DNA of 64,000 nt from the human T2T-CHM13v2.0 reference genome, Homo sapiens (GCF_009914755.1 NC_060928.1), one strand, 5' to 3'; counted from the first letter of the stretch, positions 30,909-45,629 are shown. Notes: generated by a model not told the origin, from the letters alone. Numbers and translations are program-made.

Positions 30909-33536
30909 TAGTTTTTTTTATTATCGTTATTTTACAGAAGAGGAAACTGATACTCAGAAAGACTAAATAACTTTCCCAAGGTCACAGTGAATGGTGGGGG
31001 TGGAATTTGAATCCAGTTCTATCTGATTCCAGAGTCAGGGTTTCACTCAGGACTGGCTTGAACCAATACTTAGAAAGTTGCCTAAGAGTGTTTTCACCTA
31101 TCCTTAATTGTGTTTTTGTTTATCATCTGTCTTCCAGAATGTGATTTCCATGACAACAATGACCTTTCTGCATTGTTTACTCTTGTGATCCAGAACAGTG
31201 CCTGGCACTTGGTAGGTGCTCAATAAATATGTGCCATTTGTTCAGTTTCTAAATTCCTGTGGAGGCAGTACAGCCCAACAGATAGAGGTCCTGGCATCAA
31301 CAGAGTCTCATCCTGGTTCAGATGAGACATTTCTTTTTCTCTTCCATAATGTGTCAACTTCAAGCTATTTCTCTTTATCCGGTGTATCATGGAGATTAAA
31401 GAAAAAGTGATTGAAACCATGAAGCAGTTTTTACATCACTTGACTCTGCAGGTAGCAGGTATATGGTTCCGGTTGATTGGGGGTGCAGTGATGAAACCAA
31501 GACCTCTAGCTTTTTCCATCTTTCATTTTGTAGCTCTCAGTGTGACAGCATTGTCTCTCCTCATGGTGGTAAGATGGCTACAGTAGCTCCATTCATCATA
31601 TCTTTAAACAAAATATCCAAAGACAGGTAAAAAGTGTCCCAGGCTTTCTTTCTCCTAAGTGTCTTTCCTTGTTAGAGAGGAAAACCTTTTCAGAAATCAC
31701 TAGGAGTCTTTCACTTATGTCTCCTTGCTGAGCACTGGGTTGTGTCAGCCAACACATTGGCTAAATCCATCATTTTCAAAGAGGAAAGGGATCAGGCTGA
31801 TCATGGTTCCTCTCCTGGGTCTAAGGGAAGAATCCACCTTCTCCAGACAAATTGCTCTGATCATCTGAACAAAATCAAGATTCATTTATTAGTGAAGAAG
31901 CAGAAAAGTGCTACCCACAGTTTTGCCAATCTAAGAGATCCTTTAAAATACAATAACCTAAACTTCTTTCATGCTTGGGCACCAGTCCAGCCATGGCAAT
32001 TGGGTTTTACTATATCAGTTCTCTCTTTCTATGCTTTTTTTTTTTTTCCCAGTGAGATAAGTTTGCTTTGGCTCTCAGTAAAATTAAGAGTATTTCAACA
32101 GCCTGCAAATAAGGGAGGTAGCTGGCCACTAATTTTTTTCCTGCAGGTTTAGATCCTAGGTCTTTATATCACCACCGATTTCCAGGGACTATCACACAAT
32201 CTGTCAGCCTCTTGTCTTCTCCTGTGCCAGATGGGATTGGATGATGCTGTTGATTTCTTAGAGAAGTTGGGTCCAATAACACAACTAATTATAAAAACAT
32301 GACTCATTTTCCTGCTCCTCCTGTTGTCTATTATATTTCAGTGGAATTCCAGGATCCCACATGTTTGCCTCTGCCTCTGCCTGAGAGCTCCAGCTAGTGC
32401 CTGGGTTATGTAAACTAGAGACATATGGCTGAGATGGTAATTCTCACATAGTTCTTTTTCCCCTGGTGATTAACAAACTTCAAATTACCACCCACAGTAA
32501 GTGTTATTTTTCTTCTATTTGCTGTTCTAAACCTTTTCCTTGCCACAGGTTTTGGGAACTCTTTTCTTCAATGGCTCAAATCAAGAGAATTAGGAGGAAG
32601 AATGGGGTCGTGGGATGTTCCTCCGCAAGAGAGGAACAATGCCTGGGGGAGGAAAGGGCTTCAGTAAGTGTTTACTGTGACTGGACAAATGGTGGAAAGG
32701 AAAGAGTGTGGGCTTCTCAATCCTGCAGACTTGCATGAGGTCCCACTACTTCTGCTTACCACCAATTTGATCAAGGGTAACTTATATAACTTCTCTCTGT
32801 TTCTTCATCTGTAATATGGGACTGATGAGAATTATCTCACAAGTTCGTTGTAAGGACTAAAGATATGTAAAGCACTTACATAATACCCAGAACATAGTAG
32901 GCGCTCCATAAATGGGTAGCTACTGCTAATAGTTACAAGAAGAAGCTGGATTTTCCTATCCTTGGTCATCTTTGTGGAACCCACACAAAATATGAATAGG
33001 GAGCATGCGGACCTGAGAAATTATGCAAAGAGAGAAAAGCCATTTCTTGGGGAACACAAAACTACCAAGGACATTTCAGTAAATTCACAGTGAAGATTCT
33101 AAGCCTCCCAAGGGCCCAAATCTGACCTATACAGAAACAAATGAGGAAGAGGGTAGCCAGAGGATAGAGGCGAGCTTGCTGAGAATTCTGCCCCCAAGGT
33201 GTGAACTTGCAAGCAGAGAGGCCGAGAATTTTGCAGATGCTGTGGCAGTTCGAACTCCCAGAGAGCCCTTCCTGGCCCAACCTGGCTGGCACGTAGAACA
33301 GTGTGGGAAGCAGAAGAGGATCAGCCAATGGCAGAGAACCTGGACAAAGAAAAGGATGCCAACCGACTGAGGATAGAGACATTTCCCTTGGCTCCTCCTG
33401 GCAAAGGACTTCTCAGGTTTCCTGCTGAGAAGGGAGTGGAAGCTATGACATAATCACACTCTGTATTCTTTGTAGTTTGTTGTAGGCATGGTAATTATTA
33501 AGTCATCCTTTCGGTTCACTGGATATACTAGATTCT

Positions 33537-34223
<687 letters not shown>

Positions 34224-35805
34224 CTACCATCTTTCTAATTCATTTGTGGTCCTATGGAGTGTTAGGTGAGTTGATGACCGCGAGTTAGATGTTGCATCCC
34301 ATCAACAGCGTCTGTGCCTGGGTAGGGTTGTCACATCTGGTGTGGCCCCTGTTGCGTTTGTTCTTCTACTTAAGAAACACAGTTTCTTCTCATTCCATTT
34401 AGATTCATCCAGGGTTTAATGAATGAGGAGGCCTCAAGTATGGTTTTCCTTCCTGATCCCCTTCCTGTGATTGGCTAGAGAAGGGGATGGCCCTTGGCAA
34501 TTGTGAGGCGGGGGGCGGGCAGGCATCACTCATCTATGGAAGGAGTTGGGGAGGAGGCCTCTTTCTTCACTCATGAATGAATGCTTCACTTCACTGCTGT
34601 CAGGTGGGGCTGCCTGAGAAGCAGTGTGGTGACATTCTCAGGAGGGGTGGGGGTGGTGCCTCACCTAAGAGGTGGCCTCTTCCATGACTGATAGAAAGAT
34701 GTTGCAGACTGGGGCCACCTGGCCTGATTGTAATCCCCTAACACATAGGGTGAGGACAGAGTCCTCACACCCACTACTGAAATTTCAGGGATGGGCCCTG
34801 TGCTAGTAGAAAGCAGGGGGTGGGGAGCTGGGGACAAGAAAAACAAAATCATTTGGTTAAAAAGCTTGCTTGACTGGGCACCAAACCCAGGCACTCTGGT
34901 TTCACAGTCCATGGTCTAATCACTGCACTGCATGGCCTTTGTAGCTACTTCTGACAGTGTCACAGGAGCCCTAGGTAGGAAGGAAGAGTAGGTACCACCT
35001 CCTCTGCACGGGGTGCCCCCAACCCCAAGTACTGTTTATTTAAGACACTGACTTTTGTGAATGATTTTACTTGGATACAGAGAGGGGAAGGAAAGGAGGA
35101 CTGAGCTAACAAAAATATAGTTTGAAGACAAAACAAAAGAAAACAAAAACCTGTGTGCCTGACATGACGCAGTGGAGAAAGGGCTGAAAATTATTTGGGC
35201 TAACATCATGGAGAAGCTGAAGGAAGAGAAAGAGTTTTGATTCAAGTCTAGACTCTTTTCTTCCTCCCTCCTCTACTGCAGAGCACCAAGGAAGACTCAC
35301 AAGGCTCATGGGTGACCTAGAAAATCTCACCTCTCCTCTCCATGTCTCAGGCCCTCATCTGTATAAGGAAAAAGTTGAGCCAGTTGATGAACCAGAGGTG
35401 ATGTCTCTGAGATCCATTCGGTTTTAATCTCTTGTCCTCCAAGGGGAGAGGGTCAGGGGCAGGTGAATGTGGAGGAGGGCCTCGGAGCAGCCACATGAGC
35501 AGGACAGCTGCTCCCATTCAGGGCTGAGAAAGCCTAATGCATGAGTGCAGCTTTCCCAACTGTTTGTTCCAACATTGAAACACTACTTCCACCCCCATGC
35601 CTCCCTCCCAGTTCTCTCCCCAACCACCTGGCCTTCCCCAGACCTTTTAGGGTCCAGGAACTAGAGGGCAATACCTGCCACAGTGTGTGTGCGGGCAACC
35701 AGGATCTGCTCCAGCCACAACCCTCTCAACAGTGTGTTTGCTCAGTGCCTGCCTTTTCACTGCAGACCAGGGAGACATCCTGAAAGAGAGAACTGGAGTG
35801 GGCTA

Positions 35806-36279
35806 GTAAAGAAGGAAGGAAGGAAGGAAGGGAGGGAGGGAGGTGGATAGAGAGGGAGGGAGGTGGAGAGGAAGGAAGGAAGGAAAGAAGGAAGGAGGGA
35901 GGGAGGGAGGGAAGGAGGGAGGGGGAAGAGGAAAGAAGGAAGAAAGGAAGGAAGGAGGGAAGGAAGGAAGGGAGGGAGGATGAGGAGAAGAAAGAAGGAA
36001 GGAAGGAAGGAAAAAAGGGAGGGAGGAAGGAAGGGAAGGAGGGAGGGGGAAGAGGAAGGAAGGGAGGGAGGGAGAGAGGGAGGGAGGTGGAGAGGAAAGA
36101 AGGAAGGAAGGAGGGAGGGAGGGAGAGAAGGAGGGAGGAAGGGAAGGAGAGAGGGGGAAGAGGAAGGAAGGAAGAAAGGAAGGAAGGAGGGAAGGAAGGA
36201 AGGAAGGAGGGAAGGGGAAGGGAGGGAAGAAGGGAGAGAGGGAGGGAGGGAAGGAGGGAGAGAGGGAAGGAGAGAAGGA
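35806..36279 (+). repeat. Polypurine (GGAA/GGGA)n tract
   Basis: ~470 nt almost entirely G and A. Confidence 0.95.
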
Positions 36280-36775
36280 ACTATAAATCATCCTTGAAAA
36301 ATGTCTAAAGATTTTGATTTCTGCTTTTGGCAAAAATATGCTGTCGTCAGCTTTTGTTAACCAATTCAGTGAAATTCTTCTCTATGTATTTCAGGAAAGC
36401 CCTGCCTCCTTCGTGGCCCATCTCTGAGGTTTCTGCAACCAGGCAAGCCCTGGCAGTTCTGTGGGTGATAATTTAGGGTCCCTTGTAGAATGTCTTCTGA
36501 TGTGGCACATTATATAAATGGTTGTGCACACGCTTGCATCTGGCTTTCACCTCTCTAGAGAGTCATCTCCCAAACTAGTCTTTCTAGTGGGCTCTGAATA
36601 ACCTGCAAGAGGGTCTTGGGTTGATCCTGTGAGGCTGACACCCCTGACTTTGTTCTCTGACAGAGGGAAATGGCCCCATCTGTGCCAGAGCCAAATCTCA
36701 GACTGAAGACAACTTAGTATGGTGTCAGGGTTCAGAGGAAAAGGCTTTGGGGACAAGCTGGACCTGGTTCAAACC

Positions 36776-36888
36776 TAGGGTGATCAACTTTCTTAGTTGT
36801 CCCGTAACTGTCCTCACTTTAGCACTGTAAATCCTAAATCCCAGAAAATCCCTAAGTCCTGGGTAAACCCAAATGCTTGGTCACCCTA
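36776..36888. mobile_element. MER94-like hAT-Blackjack MITE inside a MIR
   Basis: Terminal inverted repeats TAGGGTGA...TCACCCTA. Confidence 0.7.
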
Positions 36889-38349
36889 TTCTAGCTCTTT
36901 CAGGCCTTAGCCAGTCATTTCCCTTCTTTGAGCCTTAGTTTCCTCATATGTGAAATGAGGGGAATGATAACAACATCAAATGGTATTTGAAGACTAGGGT
37001 CAATATGCATTCAAAAATTGTTCATCAAGAAAGTTAGAAGTTTAGGTGACAAAATGGTCTTTCTGTTTCTGTTCTGAGAAGGAGTAGATGTCTCCTCTCC
37101 CCAGTGTGTTTTGACTGTTTCAAGTGGAGGTGTGAGGACAGCACTTGAGGATTCTGGAACACTCTTCAGGAAGCCTTGCAGGCCCTGGCAATTGATGAGC
37201 ATGAATTAAGGGCTCTCCCAGCTCTATGATTATGTGGTTAAGTGTAAATGGCAGAAGCAGCTGCCTGCTTGCAGAAGTCACTTTTAGCAGCTACCACTTG
37301 CAAATCACAAATAAGAGATTATGAAATCTTTTCTTTTAGGCTTCTTTGTTGCCCCTTGGCTATTGTCTGCAGAGATTCTTAACTAATAGCCATGTTCAGA
37401 ATGACTGTTTGCCAGAAACCACTGTTTCATGGCTGAAAAATGAAAAGAAGTCAATGTTTTCTAAGGACTCCATTGCAAGGCAGTTGCAGGGTGAGAGTGG
37501 ATTTCACAGGCATCTTAATTCCTGGCAGTAATGGCTGAGGGCTGTCTTGGAGACCAGAAGTGGCAGGCAAGAACTCCCTTAACAAAAGAGAGGCAGGGGG
37601 ATTATTTATTCAAATGCCCTGATAGAAGAAGGCCTAATCAAAGACACCATAGAAAACAAGCCACAGGCAGATAGGGAATATTTGGAACATGAGAGTGTCA
37701 AAAGGATCCAGGCTTTTGCTAAAGGAAAGGAAATGACTAGGGGAAATGGCCTTTTTATAATTGAGCGGAGCTATGTCAGAGCTATGCGCCAAGGGTTGGG
37801 GATTATTCAAAGTGCAAACACCTTTATTATCCTGGTCCTCCCACCCCCATCACAAATGAAGTAAGAATCATTAGAATCAGTGCCAGATTCTGACTGAAAA
37901 TAGAGGTCTTCAGAAGTTGGCAAATTCAACATGCAAGACTGGCACAAGTGATAATGAACTTGTTCTTGGCCACGGCAGTTGATGACACAATTTTGCATAA
38001 TTAGAACACCTTTGGAAGTAGGGCGTAAAAAAGGACCCTCCAATCTGGAATTGACTGATTTACATAAACATTAGTGTGATTAGTGGTTTCAACTCTTAAG
38101 GTACTTCTTGTCATTCACATTCTAATTGATAATAAATAGGGCAGAATGCCAAGGGGAGCAACACTCACGGTGCTTAGTGCCATAGAAAATTGCCCACGAG
38201 TCCGTGGGGAAGTCTGCAAAGTAGGTGTTTCTAGGTTACCAAAGTCATCTTATTTTCTTGTGCTTTCCATCCTTTCCTAGAGAAAATTAAATTCTAGAAC
38301 AGTTAATTTTAAAGTCAAGAAATTTCATTATCAGAATAATGCATTAAGG

Positions 38350-38870
38350 TGTGTCCGCTATCTATTGCTGCCTAATAAATCACCCAAAAACACAGTGACT
38401 TAACAACAGTCATTTTTAACCTCTCCCAGTTTCTGTGGGTCAGGCATTCAGAGAGGGCTCAGTGGGGAGATTCTGGAGTCCCCCAAGTGGTTGTCAGAAG
38501 AAAGGCTGGAGCCAGAACAGCAGAGGGGCTGAAGAAGCTGCAGTCTTGCTAGGCACCTCTGTCTTCGGAGGTGGTCTCTCCATGTGGTCTCTCTATAAGA
38601 GCTAGTTTGAGCCTCTTCACTATATGGCAGCCTCAGAGTAGTGAAATGCTCCAGTGCAAGTATTTCAGCTCCCAACACAGCAGCTGCATCAACTTTCGTG
38701 ACCTGGCCTCAGAAGTTTCTGTTGGTTACAAGGGAGTTACAAGCCCACTTAGATTCAAGAGAAGGGGAATTTGATATGACTTCTTAATAGAGAATGGTGA
38801 TATTCTAGAGGGGCAATGTGGGGTAAGAGATATCACTGTGGCCATCTCTTGAAAATACAATATGCCATCA
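38350..38870 (-). mobile_element. MLT1-type MaLR LTR
   Basis: GCTATCTATTGCTGCCTAATAAATCACCCAAAA...TCTGTGGGTCAGG motifs. Confidence 0.65.
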
Positions 38871-39016
38871 GGTGTAAATAATTGATGATCATAATATTTT
38901 AAGGAAATATTTATATTTTAAGAAAATAATATATTAACCCAAGCAAATCTTTAAACTAGTAGAATAGGTATTGAAGAACCAATCAACTGCCTTCAATCCC
39001 TTCTTCTCATTACCTA

Positions 39017-39320
39017 TTTTTTTTTTTTTTTTTTTTTGAGACAGAGTTTTGCTCTTGTTGCCCAGGCTGGAGTGCAATGATAGTGATCTTGGCTCATCAC
39101 AAACTCCGCCTCCCAGGTTCAAGAGATTCTCCTGCCTCAGACTCCCGAGTAGCTGGGATTGCAGGCATGTGTCACCACACCTGGATAATTTTGTATTTTT
39201 AGTGGAGATGGGGTTTCTCCATGTTGCTCAGGCTGGTCTCGAACTCCCGACCTCAAATGATCTGCCTGCCTCAGCCTCCCAAAGTGCTGGGATTACAGGC
39301 GTGAGCCACTGTGCTCGGCC
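39017..39320 (-). mobile_element. AluSp/Sq-like
   Basis: TTTTGCTCTTGTTGCCCAGG diagnostic; long poly-T. Confidence 0.92.
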
Positions 39321-39349
39321 ACCTGTGATTCTTTAGACTAGAACAACTG

Positions 39350-39818
39350 GATGTAATATAAGTCTCCTAGGGCTGCCATAACAAAGTACCACAGACCGAG
39401 AGACTTAAGCAATAGAAATGTATTGTCCCACAGCTCTGGAGGCTTGAAGTCTGAGATCAAGGTGCTGTCAGGTTTGCTTCTTTCTAGGGCTGTGAGAGAA
39501 GCCATGTCTATCCCTTATCTTCTGTGGTTTACTTGTAACCTTTGGCATTCCTTATTCTGCAAAATCATCTCCCTGATCTCTGCCTTCATCTTCCCAGGGT
39601 GTACTCTCGGAATGTGTACATCTGTGTCCAAATTTTCCCTTTTTATAAAAACACCAGTCATATCAGATGAGGGGCCCAGCCTAGTTCAGTATAATCTCAA
39701 CTCAACTAATTACAACTGCAATGGCCCTATTTACAAGTAAGTTCACATTCTGAGGTACTAGGGTTTTAGGACTTCAACATAATGATTTTTAAAGGGACCC
39801 AATGTGACCCATATCATG
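39350..39818 (-). mobile_element. MLT1A/B/C-type MaLR LTR
   Basis: CTAGGGCTGCCATAACAAAGTACCACAGAC...CACATTCTGAGGTACTAGGG. Confidence 0.75.
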
Positions 39819-40759
39819 CCTCTTATTTTCTGAAGGAAGAAGCTTCTTTTGATATGGTTTCTGGGAGCATGAATTGGAATAGGTAAATTTTCCAATTTTA
39901 TATCTGTCTTTTCCTTTTCATGACACTCGACATTCTCTCCAGCCTCCTAAATACCTTCTTTATATTTTAAGTAAAGGTTTTCATTAAGATGATTAATGTC
40001 ATTAGAGTATTTTAGGATTAAATATTCCTTTAATTAAAATGTAATTATCAAATGTTGGCTATGGGGCCTCATCCCTTCCCAAACTTTCCATAGTCCTAGT
40101 GCCCCTAGTTAAATAACTTCAGGTTGCCTGGGATTTTTTTTATGACTATCCCCTCGTAACCTGGGATTCACCTATGCAGCAACCTAGTTTAGTAAAGAGG
40201 CTTAAAGAGCAATTTATTGACTTTGGGGATTTGAGATTGTTCTGTCTCAATTTATTTCCTTTGAATGTTTATAGAAAAAAAAAAGCACAACCAACTGCTC
40301 ACTGGGGAAGCCACAAATACTTGGCTTTCCTGCCCTGGCACTTATCTTGTACTTGATGTTTTCAAAATACCAACTAATCATTAAATAGCCAGTTCCCACT
40401 ACATCTTTATGATACGAGAATTCTTGCCATTTTCAGTAAAGGAAATTGAAGTAGAAAGCACCAAGGTGACCTGCGCAAGGTGACAGAACAAATCAGAAGC
40501 AGATCCAGGTGGCTGCATTTTATGAACTAAAAGTTTGTCCTGTGTAAACCCAGAGACAGGCTGTCACAGCCTTATCCCTTTCTCCTCTTCCTGAAAGCCA
40601 AACGCCCACTTTTCCCCTTGCTCTGCAGTCCTTGGAGGAGCAGCACACAGGCAAGCATGAGCAGACGCCAAGCACACAAGGACCATGGCCAGCAGATGCC
40701 CACTGGGAGCAGGCATGTTGTTAGTGCTTGTAAAGCTCCCTGGAGATCTCAGAAATCTT

Positions 40760-42270
40760 TTTTTTTTTTTAATTGATCATTCTTGGGTGTTTCTCGCAGA
40801 GGGGGATTTGGCAGGGTCATAGGACAATAGTGGAGGGAAGGTCAGCAGATAAACAAGTGAACAAAAGTCTCTGGTTTTCCTAGGCAGAGGACCCTGCAGC
40901 CTTCCGCAGTGTTTGTGTCCCTGGGTACTTGAGATTAGGGAGTGGTGATGACTCTTAATGAGCATGCTGCCTTCAAGCATCTGTTTAACAAAGCACATCT
41001 TGCACCGCCCTTAATCCATTTAACCCTGAGTGGACACAGCACATGTTTCAGAGAGCACAGGGTTGGGGGTAAGGTCACAGATCAACAGGATCCCAAGGCA
41101 GAAGAATTTTTCTTAGTACAGAACAAAATGAAAAGTCTCCCATGTCTACCTCTTTCTACACAGACACGGCAACCATCCGATTTCTCAATCTTTTCCCCAC
41201 CTTTCCCCCCTTTGTATTCCACAAAACCGCCATTGTCATCATGGCCCGTTCTCAATGAGCTGTTGGGTACACCTCCCAGACGGGGTGGAGGCCGGGCAGA
41301 GGGGCTCCTCACTTCCCAGTAGGGGTGGCCGGGCAGAGGCGCCCCTCACCTCCCGGATGGGGCGGCTGGCCGGGCGGGGGGCTGACCCCCCAACCTCCCT
41401 CCCGGACGGGTCGGCTGGCCGGGCGGGGGGCTGACCCCCCCACCTCCCTCCCGGACGGGGCGGCTGGCCTGGCAGGGGCTGACCCCCACCTCCCTCCCGG
41501 ACGGGGTGGCTGCCGGGCGGAGACGCTCCTCACTGCCCAGACGGGGCGGCTGCCGGGCGGAGGGGCTTCTCACTTCTCAGAGGGGGCGGCTGCCGGGCGG
41601 AGGGGCTCCTCACTTCTCAGACGGGGCGGTTGCCGGGCGGAGGGTCTCCTCACTTCTCAGACGGGGCGGCCGGGCAGAGACGCTCCTCACCTCCCAGACG
41701 GGGTTGCGGGGCAGAGGCGCTCCCCACATCTCAGACAATGGGTGGCCGGGCAGAGACGCTCCTCACTTCCCAGACGGGGTGGCGGCCAGGCAGAGGCTGC
41801 AATCTCGGCACTTTGGGAGGCCAAGGCGGGCGGCTGGGAGGTGGAGGTTGTAGCGAGCTGAGATCACGCCACTGCACTCCAGCCTGGGCACCATTGAGCA
41901 CTGAGTGAACGAGACTCCGTCTGCAATCCCGGCACCTCAGGAGGCCGAGGCTGGCAGATCACTCGCGGTTAGGAGCTGGAGACCAGCCCCGCCAACACAG
42001 CGAAACCCCGTCTCCACCAAAAAAATATGAAAACCAGTCAGGCGTGGCGGCGCGTGCCTGCAATCGCAGGCAGTCAGCAGGCTGAGGCAGGAGAATCAGG
42101 CAGGGAGGTTGCAGTGAGCCGAGATGGCAGCAGTACAGTCCAGCTTCGGCTCGGCATCAGAGGGAGACCATGGAAAGAGAGGGAGAGGGAGACCGTGGGG
42201 AGAGGGAGAGGGAGAGGGAGAGGGAGGAGAGGGAGAGGGAGGAGAGGGAGAGGGAGGAGAGGGAGAGGGA
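40760..42270 (-). mobile_element. Full-length SVA retrotransposon (SVA_D-like)
   Basis: From the element 5' end: (CCCTCT)n ~42198-42270, Alu-like ~41790-42190, GC-rich VNTR ~41270-41790, SINE-R ~40771-41270, poly-A. TSD GGAGATCTCAGAAATCTT at 40742-40759 and 42268-42285. Confidence 0.96.
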
Positions 42271-42870
42271 GATCTCAGAAATCTTAAGGCGAACTTTTGG
42301 GACATGAAACCCTGAGTCAGAAGATGGGACTCCAAAGCAATCTCTTTTGTACTACAGGGTGGTAAGATCTGGGAAATTTGGGTCACATGAACAATAATGA
42401 AAAAGATGTTGAAGGTATTCCTTCTGGTCCTAAACTGTAATCCTCTTGATCATAGGATCTATTAGAAACAAGCTCCCTGAAATCCTTCGGTCTAGTCTTA
42501 AGCCAGGAGGCATTAATAGCAAACTTTAAGGACTTTCCTTAACTCTAGGAAGATGCTACAAGAAAGAATCATAGGCATTAATGTGGCTGCCTCCCCAGAA
42601 ATGCTGGGAGGCACCAGATCACCTTTCAGTGTTCGCAAAGTTCTCATTTTTTTTCCTCTGGTGAAAAAAGATTGCATATAATTGGCTGGTCCTATACTTG
42701 AGTGAGGGGGAATTCAATGGGATGGAAACGATCTTATTTAAGGTGCTCATCCATACCAGCATTTTACACTTAGGCAGGTCATTGAAACAAAATTCATCCT
42801 CAAAATCACATTCTCCTCTCCTGATATCAAGCTTCTCTTTCCCTAATTTTGTCTTTACTCATTTACTTTT

Positions 42871-43176
<306 letters not shown>

Positions 43177-43525
43177 TACTCATTTACTTTAAAGCTGGGA
43201 TTGGTCTTTCACTCAGCAGAGGCATAACTGGTGAGGTGTGTTTTGCTTTGGTAATATGATTCTCATGTGGAGTAAAAGACAAAGTGGACCTCTTTTCGGG
43301 CAAGAATATAGTAAGTTGAAGCTTGTCTTTTTCACATCAAAATGCCATCTTGGTCTTGCACCCCTAAATCCTAGGCATAAAGATCGAAGCGTTTAGGTTT
43401 ATTTGCATAGTCAAAACTAAGAAACTCATCCTATTTCTCATTTAATCTTGGCCATTAGGAATCTCAGAGTCAAATTTAGTGCTGAGTTTCACTAGCGTTC
43501 TTAGTTTAAGTTTTCAAGCATAAAC

Positions 43526-43885
43526 TGTCTTAGTTCAGGCTGCAATGACAGAATACCATCAACTGAGTGGCATAAGCAATAAACATTTATTTCTCTCAGT
43601 TCTGGAAGCTAGAAAGTGTAAGATCAAATTATTAGAATATTTAGTGTGTGGTGAGGGCCATTTCCTGGCTCCTAGAGAGCTATCCTCTTGCTGTGTCTTC
43701 ATATGGCAGAATGAGGGCTAGAGAACTCTCTGGGTCTCTTTTATGAGGACACTAATCTTATTCATAGCATTCCAACCTTGCAACTGACTTACCTCCCTAA
43801 TGCCCCATCTCCCACTTCTGTCACTTTGGGGGGTTAGAATCTCAATCTATGAATTTTGCAGGACACAAGCATTTAGCCCATAACA
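43526..43885 (-). mobile_element. MLT1A-like MaLR LTR
   Basis: TGTCTTAGTTCAGGCTGC...ACATTTATTTCTCTCAGTTCTGGA...CCCATAACA. Confidence 0.75.
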
Positions 43886-44205
43886 AAAACTTTTACATAC
43901 ACAACTTTTATTATGATCCATATCTTAATGACTTTATTTGTAAGGGTTTTTTTAAACTACAAGCTGCCTTAAGTCTTTTTAAAAAACAATTTAAACATGG
44001 TATTAATAATAAAATATATTTTTAAAATCAATATAACATTAAACAATGAGAATGTCCTTAAAAATCAGTTTGTTTTGTCCACAGGTTGATCAGGAAACAC
44101 TGAAAAATGACAACCAGTTCTGGTATTCACCCAGGGCACACCCATCCTGCCACACTGGAAGTTAAGATATTGAACTTTCTGTATGAGTTGTTTAAAGCTG
44201 CTGCC

Positions 44206-45364
44206 CCAAAGGACATGAACAGACACTTCTCAGAATAAAACATTAATGCGGCCAACAAACATTAAAAAAAAGCTCAGGCCAGGCGCAGTGGCTCATGCCT
44301 GTAATCCCAGCACTTTGGAAGGCCGAGGCGGGTGGATCACGAGGTCAGGAGTTCAAGACCAGTCTGGCCAAGATGGTGAAACCCCGTCTCTACTAAAAAT
44401 ACAAAAATTAGCTGGGCACGGTGGCAGGCACCTGTCATCCCAGCTACTCAAGAGGCTGAGGCAGGAGAATCACTTGAACCCGAGGGAGGGGGGCTCAGAG
44501 GTTGCAGTGAGCCGAGATTGTACCACTGCACTCCAGCCTGGGTGACAGAGCAAGACTCCGTCTCAAAAAAAAAAAAAAAAAAAAAGCTCAACATCACTGA
44601 TCATCAGAGAAATGCAAATCAAAACCAAAATGAGATACCATCTCATGCCAGTCAGAATGGCAATTATTAAAAAGTCAAGAAACTGCAGATGTTGGCAAAG
44701 TTGTGGAGAAAAAGGAACGTTTTTACACTGTTGGTGGGAATGTAAATTAGTTCAACCATGGTGAAAGACAGTGTGGCGATTCCTCAAAGATCTAGAAGCG
44801 GAAATACCATTTGACCCAGCAATCTTATTACTGCACATATACCCAAAGGAATATAGATCATTCTATTATAAAGATACATATATTCATATATAAAGATGTA
44901 TGTTCACTGCAACACTATTTACAATAGCAAAGGCATGGAATCAACCCAAATGTGCATCAACAATAGACTGGATAAAGAAAATGTGTTACATATACACCAT
45001 GGAATACTATGCAGCCATAACAAGGAATCAGATCATGTCCTTTGCAGGGACATAGTTGGAGCTGGAAGCTGTTATCCTCAGCAAACTGACGCAGGAACAG
45101 AAAACCAAACACCACATGTTCTCACTTATAAGTGGGAGCTGAACAATGAGAACAGAGGGAGGGGAACAACACACACTGGGGCCTGTCGGGTGGAAGTTGG
45201 GAGAGGGAAAGCATCAGAAAGAATAGCTAATGGGTGCTGGGCTTAATAATACCTGAGTGATGGTTTGTTCTGTACAGCAAACCACCACGGCACACGTTTA
45301 CCTATGTAAACTGCACATCCTGCACGTGTACCCTAGAACTTAAAACAAAAGTTTAAGGGGAAAA
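44206..45364 (+). mobile_element. 5'-truncated L1 (old L1PA, L1PA15/16-like): ORF2 C-terminus and 3' UTR, interrupted by an AluS
   Basis: GAAATGCAAATCAAAAC...GATACCATCTCATGCCAGTCAGAATGG; TSD AAAGCTGCTGCC at 44194-44205 and 45365-45376. Confidence 0.9.
44277..44585 (+). mobile_element. AluS nested in L1
   Basis: TSD AAAAAAAAGCTCA on both sides. Confidence 0.92.
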
Positions 45365-45629
45365 AAAGCTGCTGCCTGAGCCTCCAAAGTACCTTCCACA
45401 GCCACTTAACTCCACCCCTTGCCTGAGACCACTTCCTCATCCATCCTCCCAGGATCCAGTAACCAAAGAGGACCTAAAAGACCAGCTCCAGGCTATGACC
45501 AGTAGCCACTCTCACAGATCAGTGCTTCAGCCATTCTGATTGTTAAGTATATTATAACACTCCCCCTTAAAGGGAACTTTTTGCTATTTTTGCTTCCTGT
45601 TATTGCAAACAATAGCTTTGCTTATTGGT

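Noticed and set aside
35803-36333. Pro/Ser/Phe-rich and Gly/Arg/Glu-rich ORFs
   Set aside because: Translations of the polypurine repeat.
40942-42386. Multiple 60-180 aa ORFs and an array-like repeat
   Set aside because: SVA SINE-R, VNTR and hexamer; tandem units without unique spacers, so not a CRISPR array.
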